From Monocercomonoides exilis PA203 (taxonomy: Eukaryota; Protista; Preaxostyla), in the NCBI GenBank assembly GCA_001643675.2, contig LSRY02000009.1, forward strand, positions 1,178,001-1,242,000: a stretch of 64,000 nt of DNA, written 5' to 3'. The notes under the pieces were generated by a model. It was not told where the DNA came from and made no database searches. It saw only the letters and a program-made list of their open reading frames with translations. Position 1 is the first letter of the stretch; each line of letters starts with the position of its first letter. The position numbers and the translations under genes are program-made. This document shows positions 51,267-63,430 of this stretch, one piece after another.

Positions 51267-54065
51267 GATACGACTGTGGTGTTTGCGCAGAACATGCCGC
51301 TGTCGCTGCGGATGCTGCGAGTATATGCTGTTTTGCTGCAGGTGGTGCTGCATAGGGATATGTTGTGTGTGTGCCTGCTATGTGGCACTTTTGGAGAAGC
51401 TTTCCGTTCCGCAGGAGGCGAAGCTTCCAACTCTTGCAGCTTCTGTGGGAAAGATGTCTGAGAGCAAGAGGTTCTTTTCTTCAGCGGATGCGAATATATT
51501 CCCATCGATCTACGATCTGTTTGACCCGTCGCTGCTGCCGTCTGCGATAGCGCGGCTGGTGTTGAGATCGCCTCAGTCGAGGCTTGCGGTGGTGAAGCTG
51601 GACGACGAAGTGAAAGGGCGATGTGTTGCAGTGTATGAAGTGGGGAAAATTGTGGAGAAGAAGGTTGTAGGTGGAGGGGCTGAGGATGGAGGAGGTGGTT
51701 CTGTCTCCAGCAACGATTGTGCTGGCTGTGCTGGAGGAGCGAAAACAAGTGGAGGAAGGAGAACGATTCAATGGGAGACTCAGAGGAATGTTCGATCATT
51801 TCTACAACGAAAAGTTTTATAGAAATGATTATTTCTGTGAAGCTGTTGTAAAAAAATGAGCGAACAATTTGTCAATAATTGAGAAAAAAGACAAATGTGA
51901 TGAAGCAATGGGAAAAAGTTGTTTGATTTATGCGGAGTGATAAAAAGAAGAGGAGGAAGAGGGAGGAAAAATTGAGTGCACCAGGAAGAAGGAGTGAAGA
52001 GGTTGTTCTATCTGGTCGATGGCTGATGAACAGTGTCTTGAACCAAAAAGGCAATCAACGAATGATGCGTGTGCGAATTGCACACGGGCAGACTTTTGAT
52101 GTGTTGGGCGAGCTGAACATTCCGCTGTCATGAAGTTGTGCTAAGACGCAGGTGAAATGGTGGAGATGCAGCTGAGGAACAAAGCCGAAGAGGAATCTAA
52201 CTTTGGAGTCGTGCGAGATCCTCGTGCAGCATGGGATAGAGAGTGAAGCAGTGATGAAGCAGGTTATTGTGGAAGACTTGGTAGTTATGTTTATCGTACT
52301 TGTTGAGTGACTCGAGTACAAAGCAGAGGAGTACGAGTTTGTGATTGATATCTTTATTAACCAAGTTGAGCTGATCCGCCTTGTGAATGAGCACACTGTG
52401 ATGAAGTAGCGGAGACTGTGCTGAGGAGTGACAGCGTCTGTTGTGATGGAGCATAGATGATTCTGCGAAGGTGAAGTTTACAACTGAGAAGGAAATTGAA
52501 GATGCATGACAGAGCAGAGAAGGAGAAGAAGCAGGAAATGCGAAGGAGATTCTGAGCAATTGTTCAGCAACACTATCAGTGCATGCGTTTGAGGGTGTGT
52601 TTGATGGGGCGACTGATGCGGACACGCAGCTTATATGGTTTGGTGAGTGAATGGAAGCAGAGGTGCAGAAGGATCGGAGGCGGATTCATTCAAAAAGTCA
52701 GACAAGAGGCTTGGTACAGAAGAAGTGTTTATTTGAGAAGACAGTCGAATGCAGTACAAACAATAGGGGAATGCTGCTATGACGTTTAGTCCGCCATTTC
52801 TAACAGACCAAGCTTTCTCAGCGGTTGTTCCTATGGATGCTTCCATGGCATTGAAGATGGCAGCAGAGGATTTGCATTATAATTCTATTTCTTCTTCTTC
52901 TTCGTTGTCGTCGTCAATTTCTATTTTTTTGAGTGTCTGTTCCTTCAACACATCCTCCTCATCATCTCAAAAATCTCATCTGTCACATTCCTCTTCTTCT
53001 CTCTCTTCATCAGCCTCAGCGCATACATCTCTGGAAGCACCTGCTTTGAACAGTATATCGAATGCATGTGTTCTGACGAGTCACCCGTTAATGTGCTTGT
53101 TTCATCGGCTTTACGGCATTTGCACAGCTCCATCGACCTCCTCATCTCCTGATGCGACGAATGGGAAGAGTGTGACGAAGGAATTGGTGGATGCACATCA
53201 TCAAGAGGAGTGGGGGATTTGAACAGACGAGGAGGCGAATAGAAGAAGCGCTTCTGCGACGAGGTGTGTAAAGATGGAGAGTACATGCCAAAGAAAAGCG
53301 GCGGCGCATCAGTTGCTGAAGAATAAAGAGGCGCAATAAGAGCAGATGAAAGAGAAGAGGATGAAGTGGTGGAGATGATAGCAGACGAAGTGACTTGAGC
53401 TGGCAAGTTTGATGAGGCAGTTGGGGCTGCAACAGCAGCAGATCGTTGGAAGCTTCCTAGATGAACCAAATGAGACGGACGAGATGAAGAGCTCACCTGT
53501 GTGAGAGACTACTGCGATGTGGCTGAGGATGTGCGGGTGTGGAAAGAGTTCGTGTTCAAAGAGGAAGACAATGATTGAGATTGAGATTGAGACTGAGACT
53601 GAGACTGAGACTGAGATGAAGGCTGAGGTTGTCGGGTGAGTGCGGGGCCAGGCGAGGTGGATGTTGACATCTGCTGGATGGGCTGAGAGAAGGAAAGAAG
53701 AGCAGAGAAAGAGGAGGAAGCGAGAGATGTTGGAGAAGTCAGAGAGGCCAAGGAAGAAGAAGCAGAGGAAGATAAAGGTGGAAGGGAAGAAGACGAGGAC
53801 GACGACGAAGAAGATGCAATGGATGTAGTTGAAGATCCCCCAAGCACAATCGCAGGAGCCAATAGTGATGCAGTCACAGAAGACGATGTGTCATCAAAGA
53901 ACGAGCGAAGCGTGGCTAACGCAAAAGTGGTAGAAAATGGAGCGTTTGAGGTGCTTATCTCAGAGAGGAGAGCTGTTGATGAGTGTGTGCGTGCTATTGA
54001 AGTGGTTGTTTGAGTGATGGCAGGTGCAGGGAAGACGAGGGCAGTGGCTGAGACAGAGGAAAATG

Positions 54066-57000
54066 GGCATAGGTGTAAATTGTTCCACTTTCAGTTTGCA
54101 TTTTTTCAAATTTTGAATATTATGGCGTTAATCTACATAATTTAATCAAGAGGTTCAAGGAGGGAAATTTCGAAATTCGATCAAAAAATTTTCAACAAAA
54201 TTTTCAATTTTGGAGACCCATAATATTTTTATGTTGATCACTGCAAACTTAAAATTCGATTTCTTGACTCCTAAAAGTTCAAATGTGTTTATTAATTCAA
54301 TTATACAAGTGAAAATATAGTGTATAATGTTCGCCAAGATGAATATCCGTCTATATTATTTTTTATGTTGCTAATTCTTAAAGATTAGGTTATTAAATTT
54401 TACACAAGCATTCGTGCAGTTATAGATTTTCACTTTTAAGAAAAATAGATTACAACTTTATTGAAATGAATGTGCATGTTTGATTGTTGAATATTATTTT
54501 TAATTATGTGATTTTTATAAGTATTTTCTTATTATTGATTTATATTTCATGAAAAGCAACGGATTCGTTGGAACTGTGATGAAACCCCGTTTTTGAAATG
54601 AGGAAAGGGTATGTAAAATGATGAGAATGCGTTAAATATGTTCGAGAAATGTTCGGTTAAGACATAATATTTGAACGATAGAAATAAAGAAGGAACAAAA
54701 AAAGAGAAGTTAAAGTTCGTTGCATTATGTCTGGACGAAGAAGGAAAGATAAAAGCTCCACAAGCTGATTATTCGATGTGCTGCGATGCTGAGAAGGAAG
54801 ATGCTCAGAGCTGATGGGAGTGACAATGAAAACAAAGGATGTACTAAGTTAAACGTGAATACTGGAGCTTGACTATTGAGCTTGGCATTTATGGAAAGTC
54901 GAGTGAAGAGGATTATGAAGATGAATTATGGATTGCAGATATTGTGATGAATAAATGAAATGGGGTGAGGAGTGTTTGAAGGTGTGATGATTGCACGCTT
55001 GGAAATGTTGTTGGTGATGTTGAAGGAGGTGACAGATACTATGTGTTTTGGAGCAGAAAGGATGAGAAAAGCAGGCAGAAGAAATGAGAGACGATGGTGA
55101 GAGGCAGGCTGTGGGGAGTAAGGATGAAGCTGAGGAAAGGATGACGGATGGACATATGTCTCATGGAGCAGATGTGTTTGTTGAGTGAGGTTGAGGGGCA
55201 GTTTTTTTTTATTGGAAGGGAAATGAAAGAAGAGGGAGATAGAGAATATATGGAGTGTGTGGAGTTTGCTGAAACAAGAGAAGGGAGGTGAAGGGAAGGA
55301 GTGTATTTGAATTGTGTTATGAACAGAGAAGATGGAATTGTCTTCGAAAATTCACAGAAAATTGTTTTGTGATGTTTTGAGAGAGATTTTAAACTCTGTA
55401 TTCTCTGTTTTGTTCTCATTCGCATTGTTGATTTCTTTTTCATTTCATCTTTTTCGATCATTGCTGTTTATGGTTTATTGTTGTTCGTGTAAAATTATTT
55501 TTTTTTCCTGTTCTTGACAAAGAATTCACAACAAGCTCGATTATAACGATGAATCCACGTTTTATTCTGGCTTCGCAAAGCTGCTGACGTTTGCAAACGC
55601 ATTTATAAAAGAAATGAGTGTGAATTAGCAAAAACTTGCTTGAATATAAAGCAATTGGTTCGATTATTCATCATTTCAAAAGTAGTTAAAAATAAAAGAC
55701 AAAATAACAGCAATGAATAAACAGCGCATTCAAATAATTTGTAAAAAATAACAAAGCTGGTTCAAAATATAGCTACTGACTGGATCAGGAATTATGTATC
55801 ACCATCTACGTGTGTGATTCGATATTTGTGGCGCAGCGCTCGAATCGATTTTCTTTTCAACAGCAATTATGAGTGACTGTGGTAAAGTGGGTCCAAATAA
55901 CAATTTCACGATAGGACTCTCTTATTCAAACATGGGATTAACTCTTATCTTTGCAAGCTTAAATAATTCTTCATCAACAGGCATCACAAACACATTCCGT
56001 GATGGATTTCTTGCGGCATAGTTAAAATATTAGAAAGCGCACTTGTCCCAATCACGCTCACTGTCTTCCCTCTCCCCACGATAGAAATCTTCTTTTCCCC
56101 AACACTGATCGTTGTTCCTTCGCTCACATGCCTTCCACTCAGCACTGTGATTGTCCAGCTCAGCTGCGCCATGCTCGACCCCACTGCACGTCCCACAGTC
56201 TTGCAAGGTGCTGCCTCACTCATCCCACACAGATTGTTTGTGTCATTCCCGCCCACCCCAACATACCGATCCTTTATCCCTTCCTTCACCCAGTCCTTCT
56301 TTTCTGTGTGCTGATATTGCCAACCGCCCGACTAATAAGCGTAACATAATCTACTTTCACTGCTGTTTATTGTATATGATTCAAAGAATGGGTTATTCGA
56401 TGTTTGAAAATGATTGTAATAATCGTAATACATTACATCATGGCCATACGGAGCGGAAGCGTTGCAACTGCAATCATGGAAGAAGAAGAAATAACAATAA
56501 TGATTGCTGCTTGGAGGTGTTGATTGATATGGATCAAATCCCATTCCTCCTCCATATGACACCGCTGAGCACGAAATAAACTGAAGGCTCCTCATTTTGA
56601 ATGCAGCCGGAACACTTTGGCAATACATCCCTCCACCATGTGAACCTGTAAGAGAACACAAAGTGAAGAAACACTCAAACACACAAGCGCTCTCCCCGTT
56701 CCCACTTTCTGCTCCAATACAGGCAGTTTCAGAAACCTGAAAATTTTCGAGATAAAGTCCTCCTCCCACTCGATCTGCTTTGCAATTCTGAAATTCACAG
56801 CCGCTGATCCTGACACATGACGAAATTGATAGAGCATATATCCCTCCTCCATAATAATTTTTTGCAGCACATGCATTGAATGAGTTGTTCTCAATATTGA
56901 TTGAACTGATCAAACGACACAAAATTCCTCCCCCAGCATAATATGCATAGCAATCATTGAATGAACAAAATCTCACTGAAAGTGTCCCAGATGCCAGATT

Positions 57001-58163
57001 ATACATGTAAATCGCTCCACCATTTGAAGTTCCATTACTGGTGGATGTCGATGTTCCATTTGCTTTTGACCCATTCCACACACACCAAGTGAACGAATTC
57101 GCCCCATTGTCTGCTATCTGCTGTCTCCCCGGTTTCGATGGATTCCCTTCAGTCCCACTGACTGCAACATTCTGAGAGCGAATGCACCTGGTAAATGAGG
57201 TGTTCGAGGCAGCCAATGAAGATGAGGGGCTGTTCAGCGAGGGGACAATGCCCCCATCATACGCATCACAAACTGATGAGAATGAGCAGCTGCTCATCAT
57301 ACAAGTGGTTTGGGTTGACGTAGTTGTTTGAGATGAACATTCCGATGTTGCTATTGATATGTTGAAAAATGATAATTTGGAGAGGGATACAAGAGGAAAA
57401 GAGGGCGATGAGAAAAAATTGGCAAAAAGATGAGAAATGCAATTCGCTAAAGAAATTATTCCTTTCCATTCTTTTGTTTTTCCTATGTCTCTTAATGTTT
57501 TGTCAAAAAATATCCCATAAAGCTTCAGTTCTTCTTTTCTTCCTTTTCTGCTGCTGCTTTCGTAAAGATTAATTCGAATCAAATACGAACAAATTCTATT
57601 TGCTATTCTCTTAAACATAATTTTCCTCATTTTAAAAACGGGGTTTCATCACAGTTCCAACGAATCCGTTGCTTTTCATGAAATATAAATCAATAATAAG
57701 AAAATACTTATAAAAATCACATAATTAAAAATAATATTCAACAATCAAACATGCACATTCATTTCAATAAAGTTGTAATCTATTTTTCTTAAAAGTGAAA
57801 ATCTATAACTGCACGAATGCTTGTGTAAAATTTAATAACCTAATCTTTAAGAATTAGCAACATAAAAAATAATATAGACGGATATTCATCTTGGCGAACA
57901 TTATACACTATATTTTCACTTGTATAATTGAATTAATAAACACATTTGAACTTTTAGGAGTCAAGAAATCGAATTTTAAGTTTGCAGTGATCAACATAAA
58001 AATATTATGGGTCTCCAAAATTGAAAATTTTGTTGAAAATTTTCATGATCGAATTTCAAGATTTCCCTCCTTGAACCGCTTTGCTTAATTATGTATATTA
58101 ACGGTGTTTAGTTAAAAAATTTCAAAAGTGCTTACAAAAAGTTGTACAATTTACACCTATACC
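54066..58163. mobile_element. Merlin-like non-autonomous element, 4,098 bp, ~540-bp TIRs, 8-bp TSD GGAAAATG
   Basis: TSD at 54058-65 and 58164-71. Ends GGCATAGGTGTAAATTGT and ACAATTTACACCTATACC. Inverted arms ~54066-54606 and ~57624-58163 (ORF track gives the same peptide at 54155-54337 minus and 57891-58088 plus). GG termini with an 8-bp TSD fit Merlin. Confidence 0.9.
55984..57360 (-). pseudogene. GGAI beta-helix repeat family gene fragment carried between the long TIRs
   Basis: VCDAYDGGIV, FTWCVWNGS, NGGAIYM, YAGGGI, YYGGGIY, FFFFHDCSC...YGHDV; after a stop, DRYVGVGGNDTNNLCGMSEAAPCKTVGRAV. Confidence 0.8.
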
Positions 58164-58920
58164 GGAAAATGAGGATACTGTTTATGAAGGAGAAGAAGAA
58201 GTAAAAGAAGGAGGAGGAGGAGAAGAAGAAGAAGGAGAAGAAGAAGGAGAAGGAGAAGAAGGAGAAGGAGAAGGAAAGAGAGGAAACAAGGGCTGGAGTT
58301 GAATGGCTTGGGGAAACGAATGAAGATGAAGCATATGGTTGCGAAGGAGTTATTGAATGTTGTGAGCGAAGAGTGGGAGGTGAATGAGGAAGGGTGGAAG
58401 ACGAGGAAGTTTGTGGAGTTGGAGAAAATGCATGCGGTGCTGATGTTTGCGTGAAATGTGATGATGATGAGCACGACAGTTTCGCAGAGGTCGACATAGG
58501 TCTACATAGGTGCTGATGCAAGCGACAGGATCGATCGCGTTGCAAAGTGGCGGTGTGAAAAGGACATAGAGCATTGCACCGGGGCATGATGGCACTCTTA
58601 CGTAATTTTGTTCGTTACGCTTCTTGCCGAGAAAAGTGTTTGTGGTATATCAAGTGCATTTGATGATTAGGTCGTCGAACATGTGTTACAGCAGAGAGTG
58701 AGAGCTCATGGTGGGGTGAAAGCAGAATGGAGGGTGCTGGAGGCAGAGTGGAGAGACAGGGGATATATGTCGCAGGATGCGGAGAAAGAAGTGCTGCTTG
58801 AGTTTCTGGAGTCGAAGAATCTCTAAAGAAAAGATATGGACTTGTTGATGATTTTATGGTAGTTAAAGGAGAAGAGCGCATCTGAAATTGTGGTTTGGAT
58901 CCTGTTAGATGTGTAAAGGA

Positions 58921-59760
58921 TTATGCTGTGGCGGAAATGCATGAGACAATTATGGTGAAAGGGAGGAAAGTGTGTTGGAGTTTCGCCATCTGATCAATGT
59001 GCATATTTTTGTGTTTGGAATAGAAGAAGAAGAAACGATGATGAAGAGAGAATGAAAATGGAGCGAAGAAAAAGGGATGACGGAAGAGAAAAGATGAGTT
59101 TTGATAATTCTGTTCAGCATTTACAGAAATCATCGATGAATTAGATGTTAAACTTGAAACAGAGACAGTCCAACCACTTTGATCATCATTTCCTTTGATT
59201 TTGTTTTTCTGTCCAGCAAAGTTAAGCTCATCACTCATCGCAATCATTCCATTCGCAACAACTTTTTTTGTTCCTGTTTTCCTTGTGAGAGAGCGCTTCA
59301 TTGTCAAACATGGGAATTGAACAATTCCACAATGTGAGTGATCAGATGCCTCGGTGCTTCTCACATATATTTCTTCTGGAGTGGGAAGGAGATAGATGCA
59401 CAGAGGGATAGCCCCGCTGGTGTTTCCGTTGTAGTATCCTCGCACTCTGTCAACAGAATCCAAAGAATCTGTCACGCATGTAATGTTTTCTGATTTTGCA
59501 GTTTCTTCCAGATTGGGTGAAATGACAAAGATATCTCTTTTCCATTTGGCTGTGTTTGTTCCAAATGAGGAAGAAATGAGGAAATTGGGATTTTCATTCA
59601 ATCATCGAAGAAGGATTCATCTCCCAAGGCCATCTGTTGCTGAACAAAAGCATCCATCAAAATTGTAGCCTTTCACTTTCACTTCATTTCCATTCCCAAC
59701 ACACAGCATCATCGACCCTCCGTTGGCTGATTTTGAGCTTCCGCATCTGAAAATGTTTTC
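58921..59760 (-). pseudogene. Fragment of the same beta-helix/Cys-rich surface family (IYV...DHSHCG...FPCLT motif)
   Basis: ANGGSMM...FDGCFCS...GR, IPLCIYLLPTPEEIYV and SDHSHCGIVQFPCLT. Frameshifted. Confidence 0.65.
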
Positions 59761-60759
59761 GAAATCATATCTTTGTCTATAATGAAATTGAAAAAACAAA
59801 TGTTGGCTATAAACTGCGAACTATTCAATAAAAAAAGCATGATTGAATAATAAATAAAAATTAAATATTTTTTGTTTAAATAAAATACTAACTACTAAAT
59901 TTATTAAATTTTAAGATGCATCGTATATGTGTGTTCTATTATTGCAATCATGTTGAGTTCAGGCTCATAAAGCAAAAGAAAAATGCTATTCAAATGAAAT
60001 TTTGAATTAACATTGAAAATCAAGTTTGTCAGGATAAAGAATCGAAAGGCACCTTGTTTATTGCATTTATTAGCAATCGCAAAGTGGTTCAATCAAGCGA
60101 AACACTTTTTCATTGAAAAACTGATATAAAAATTTTGATCAAAAAATCTGATTTATAATTTTTAGCTTTGAAAATTTTCTTCTTTGAAAGAAGTTTGCTA
60201 TGAACTTGATTACAATATTCTGCAACAAACATTTTTTAATGAGAATTATGGAAACGGATTGAAAATAATTTAACAACCATGGGTCAAATTTTTGATCTGA
60301 TGTCACTTTTCAAAAAAAATTAGACATATAATAAAAATTCTGAGAAGAAAGATAATAGAAGACGAGGATGTATTAGATGAGATAATGAAAAGAGTGGAAC
60401 AAAAATAAGTGGTGAATGCAATTGTGTGTGAATGAACGTGAATATTTTTATCAATTGATGTTAAGCTGGGTCATTGTTTGTTGGTTTATGTTTGACTTTT
60501 TGAACACACCATGGTAATACATCACTGAATACAATGAATTCGAGAAGAGGTGCAAATAACATGAAGAAAATTAACAGTGAGCATATGACAGGGAGAATCG
60601 GGTTTGTTTGAATACAAATCAGAACACAAAATGGAAGGAATAACATGTAGTGAAAGAACAGTATGTTTACAATATCGTGCATGTGGTATGTTTGTATATG
60701 TGTTTTAAAATTAATTAAAAATAAAATAAGGAATCTGCGTTGTTTTGAGTGTGATTGCA

Positions 60760-60811
60760 TTATGTCAGTGTATTATGTCAGTGTATTATGTCAGTATATT
60801 ATGTCAGTGAC
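60760..60811 (+). repeat. 13-bp tandem repeat ATTATGTCAGTGT x4
   Basis: Seen directly, with one or two variant bases. Confidence 0.9.
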
Positions 60812-60835
60812 TTAAATAATATTGCATATATTGTC

Positions 60836-61815
60836 ATTAGAACTTGATTGATTTGACTGCATCAAGTGGCATTAGATCGGTCAACATCCAATGAGATCGA
60901 TCTAATGCCATTAAGATGCAGTCAAATTGGATGTGACTCAGTCACATCCGATCATTTCCATTCTGGGTTTCAAGATCAAAGTATTTTTTTTTTTAAAAAT
61001 GATAATAAAAATTGATAATTTCCGTTTTATTTTATATCATTTTGATTGAATTAAATAATTTTTCACTCTAAATAGTTTTTTTATTTTGTTAGTAATAAAA
61101 AATTGTTGATATATTTCGGAAAAACCTAAAAATTCTAATTGTTTTTGTTTGATATTAATTATTGATGATTTATAAAAAATGATATAAGAAAATTTCATCT
61201 CATTTTTCAATATTAAGAACTAGTTTCATTTGTTTTTCACATTTCTCAAAAATTTTCAGAAAAAGAAAAAATACAAAAAAGAAGCTTTCGAATCATATAT
61301 TCTTTTTATTTTTCATTCGAAAAGAAAAAATATCAAAAAATGATTGATTCATAAACACATAACAGTCAAGAAAACACAAAAAAGTTTAATTTTTTATAAA
61401 TGTTGAAAATTTTTCAAAAAAACTGAATATGAAAATGTTAATAATGAAATATATTTACAGTTTCATCTCGATTTTAGTTGAAAAAGTTCGTTGCAGAGTC
61501 GCAATGATAAATAAATCAAGTTTTCAAATTGCTGAATTAACTAAAGAAAACAACAAAAAATCAAACAAACATCAAAATAATGTATTTTAAACAATAACAT
61601 ATTGAAAATTCAACGTTTACAAACTTGTTATAATAAAAATATTAATAAAACAAAAAAATGCTCGATCACAATTCGTGATCATAAAAATCACAATTTCGCC
61701 CTTTGTGAGATTGAGGGAAATTCGAAAAAAAATTAGCAAAATTCGATAAACCAGACAAAAATTGATTTGACTGAGTCACATTTTCGCGACTCAGTCAAAT
61801 CAATCAAGTTCTAAT
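60836..61815. mobile_element. MITE-like element, ~980 bp, 24-bp perfect TIRs
   Basis: ATTAGAACTTGATTGATTTGACTG (60836-59) and CAGTCAAATCAATCAAGTTCTAAT (61792-61815), with GACTCAGTCA subterminal motifs at both ends. No clean TSD. Confidence 0.8.
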
Positions 61816-61822
61816 TAAGACT

Positions 61823-61895
61823 GCACAGTTAGTCTAGTGGTATGGTCAAGTACCTTGTTAATGAGAGGTTACGGGTTCGAGTCCGGGTCGGGCCA
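61823..61895 (+). pseudogene. tRNA-derived sequence (possibly tRNA-Asn GTT pseudogene or SINE head)
   Basis: A box TAGTCTAGTGG and B box GGTTCGAGTCC at tRNA spacing, with a TTGTTAA loop. Acceptor and anticodon stems pair poorly. Confidence 0.6.
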
Positions 61896-62204
61896 ATAAT
61901 GTTTCTCAAAAACAAAGTGTAAGATCCTTGTGGGCTGGCCACCTACATGTCCACTAAAAGCTGGAGGTTATAAATAATGGTGCATCTGTTCCAATAATAA
62001 CAATTACAATAACAATAACAAAAAAGCTTTTAGGAGCTTTCTCAAGAAACCTCCAGCTCAGCTTGAGTTTTGCTATTTTATTTGTTAACCACATGTTACC
62101 TAATTGAAGCGTGTATCCTGAATTGATTATAAACGATAAGTAGTAATGTGTTTGTTCAAATAGCTGCATGTGTGGAATGGGTTTATTCAACAAAAGTCTC
62201 AGGT

Positions 62205-62360
62205 CAGAAATGTCACCGGATAAATTCTGTGTGGAGAAAATGTTCTAAAACCCATTCCAGAAAGTGTCACCGGATAGTGTGACCAACTTCTTGAATGGAG
62301 AAAATGTTCTAAATCCTATTCTAGAAGTCGGTCACTGTCACCAGAACTGTCACCGGATGA
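62205..62360 (+). repeat. Cluster of TGTCACCGGA motifs and two TGGAGAAAATGTTCTAAA copies
   Basis: TGTCACCGGA at ~62211, 62265 and 62348; the 18-bp repeat at ~62232 and 62296. Confidence 0.7.
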
Positions 62361-62929
62361 GATTTAATCGGCGAGATATTATCTGGTTGACAGATGAGTT
62401 GAACAAAAAAATATGAAGAAAATGATTTGTTCTTTTGTTCTAATTATTAAAAAATTATTATTATTTAGCGAAATTCGTCTTTCATGGTTGGTTTTATTTA
62501 TGAAAAATTTAAAAAATAACGGGTGTGATCATTGTTAAAATATGTTCTTTCACATATCTCCTCATATAGCAAGCTAATTTAAATGAACTTAGCGAAATGC
62601 AAATAACATGTTTGCGTCTGTTTTTTCTTCTGTTTTGTGGTTTAATTAATGTTGCACAGGTTGAAATTATCAAAACATGTTTGAATCTTGAAAAAAGATG
62701 AAAATTTTGGAAAATAAATTGACATATGTTTATATAATGGCTTGAAATGTTCTCATCAGAATAAGAATTTCGATTTAAAACTGGTATCATTTTGTTTCTT
62801 GAATAAATAATCGATCACATCAATAATTTTAGATTAATATTTTTTAACAGAAATACGAATTGTCTGAGCGTATGTGCCTTATTGAATTCACTAGTCATTG
62901 CAAATGACATAGTGAAATATTTTAATTGG

Positions 62930-63430
62930 AGCAGAAAAAAACTATATTATGAACAAAGTGATTGAAGAAGAGAATTTAATAAAATAAGCCAAAAAGAACG
63001 AAGGAAAGATTGAAAAATTGGTTAAAAAATTTTCCAAATCAAATCATTTGTTTTTTAATGAGTTTTCAGAAAGCCGATATCAATTGGTATGCTTTGTCTG
63101 CTATTAGTTGCGTTGATGAAAGAGGAAAATGAGGAAGCTCAAAAAGAAGTGGAGCAAACACTTTCAGCGCTGAATTGCATTAACGAACAATATGTTTTAA
63201 CGTTTTTGTTTTGTTATTGACGTTTTAAAATTTCTTTCTTTTTTTATGAGGAAATAGTGCATGAACTGTTTATGAACGAGATCAAAGAAACCATTCAGTG
63301 TCAGCAAGAACATCGCAATCTGACTCGATTTTCCAATCAACCTTCTTCATTTCATGATAAAAAGTTTTTTTTTTGGATATAAGCATGGAAGAAGTTCTTT
63401 CAAATGTACTTCATTTTTTTTTTGAAACAC
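62930..63430 (+). pseudogene. Decayed paralog of the 49000-50235 family
   Basis: LLVALMKEENEEAQKEVEQTLSALNCI, an intron, then ELFMNEIKETIQCQQEHRNLTR. Confidence 0.65.

Larger units (their letters stand above)
48260..51670 (+). pseudogene. IQCH-like gene remnant split by the 48452-51266 element
   Basis: ...DDIQRRLRIVVSDT (to 48451) joins TVVFAQNMPLSLRML (from 51275), then SKRFFSSADAN..IYDLFD...ARLVLRSPQSRLAVVKLDDEVKGR. Confidence 0.55.
52945..58900 (-). pseudogene. Ser/Thr-rich low-complexity gene remnant interrupted by the 54066-58163 element
   Basis: The same purine-skewed Ser-rich coding texture continues on both sides of the TSD (ORFs 52945-53496, 53509-53877 and 58132-58587). Confidence 0.45.

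Noticed and set aside
54155-58088. Duplicated small protein MANIIHYIF... on opposite strands
   Set aside because: A by-product of the long inverted arms, with a non-ATG start and no coding signature.
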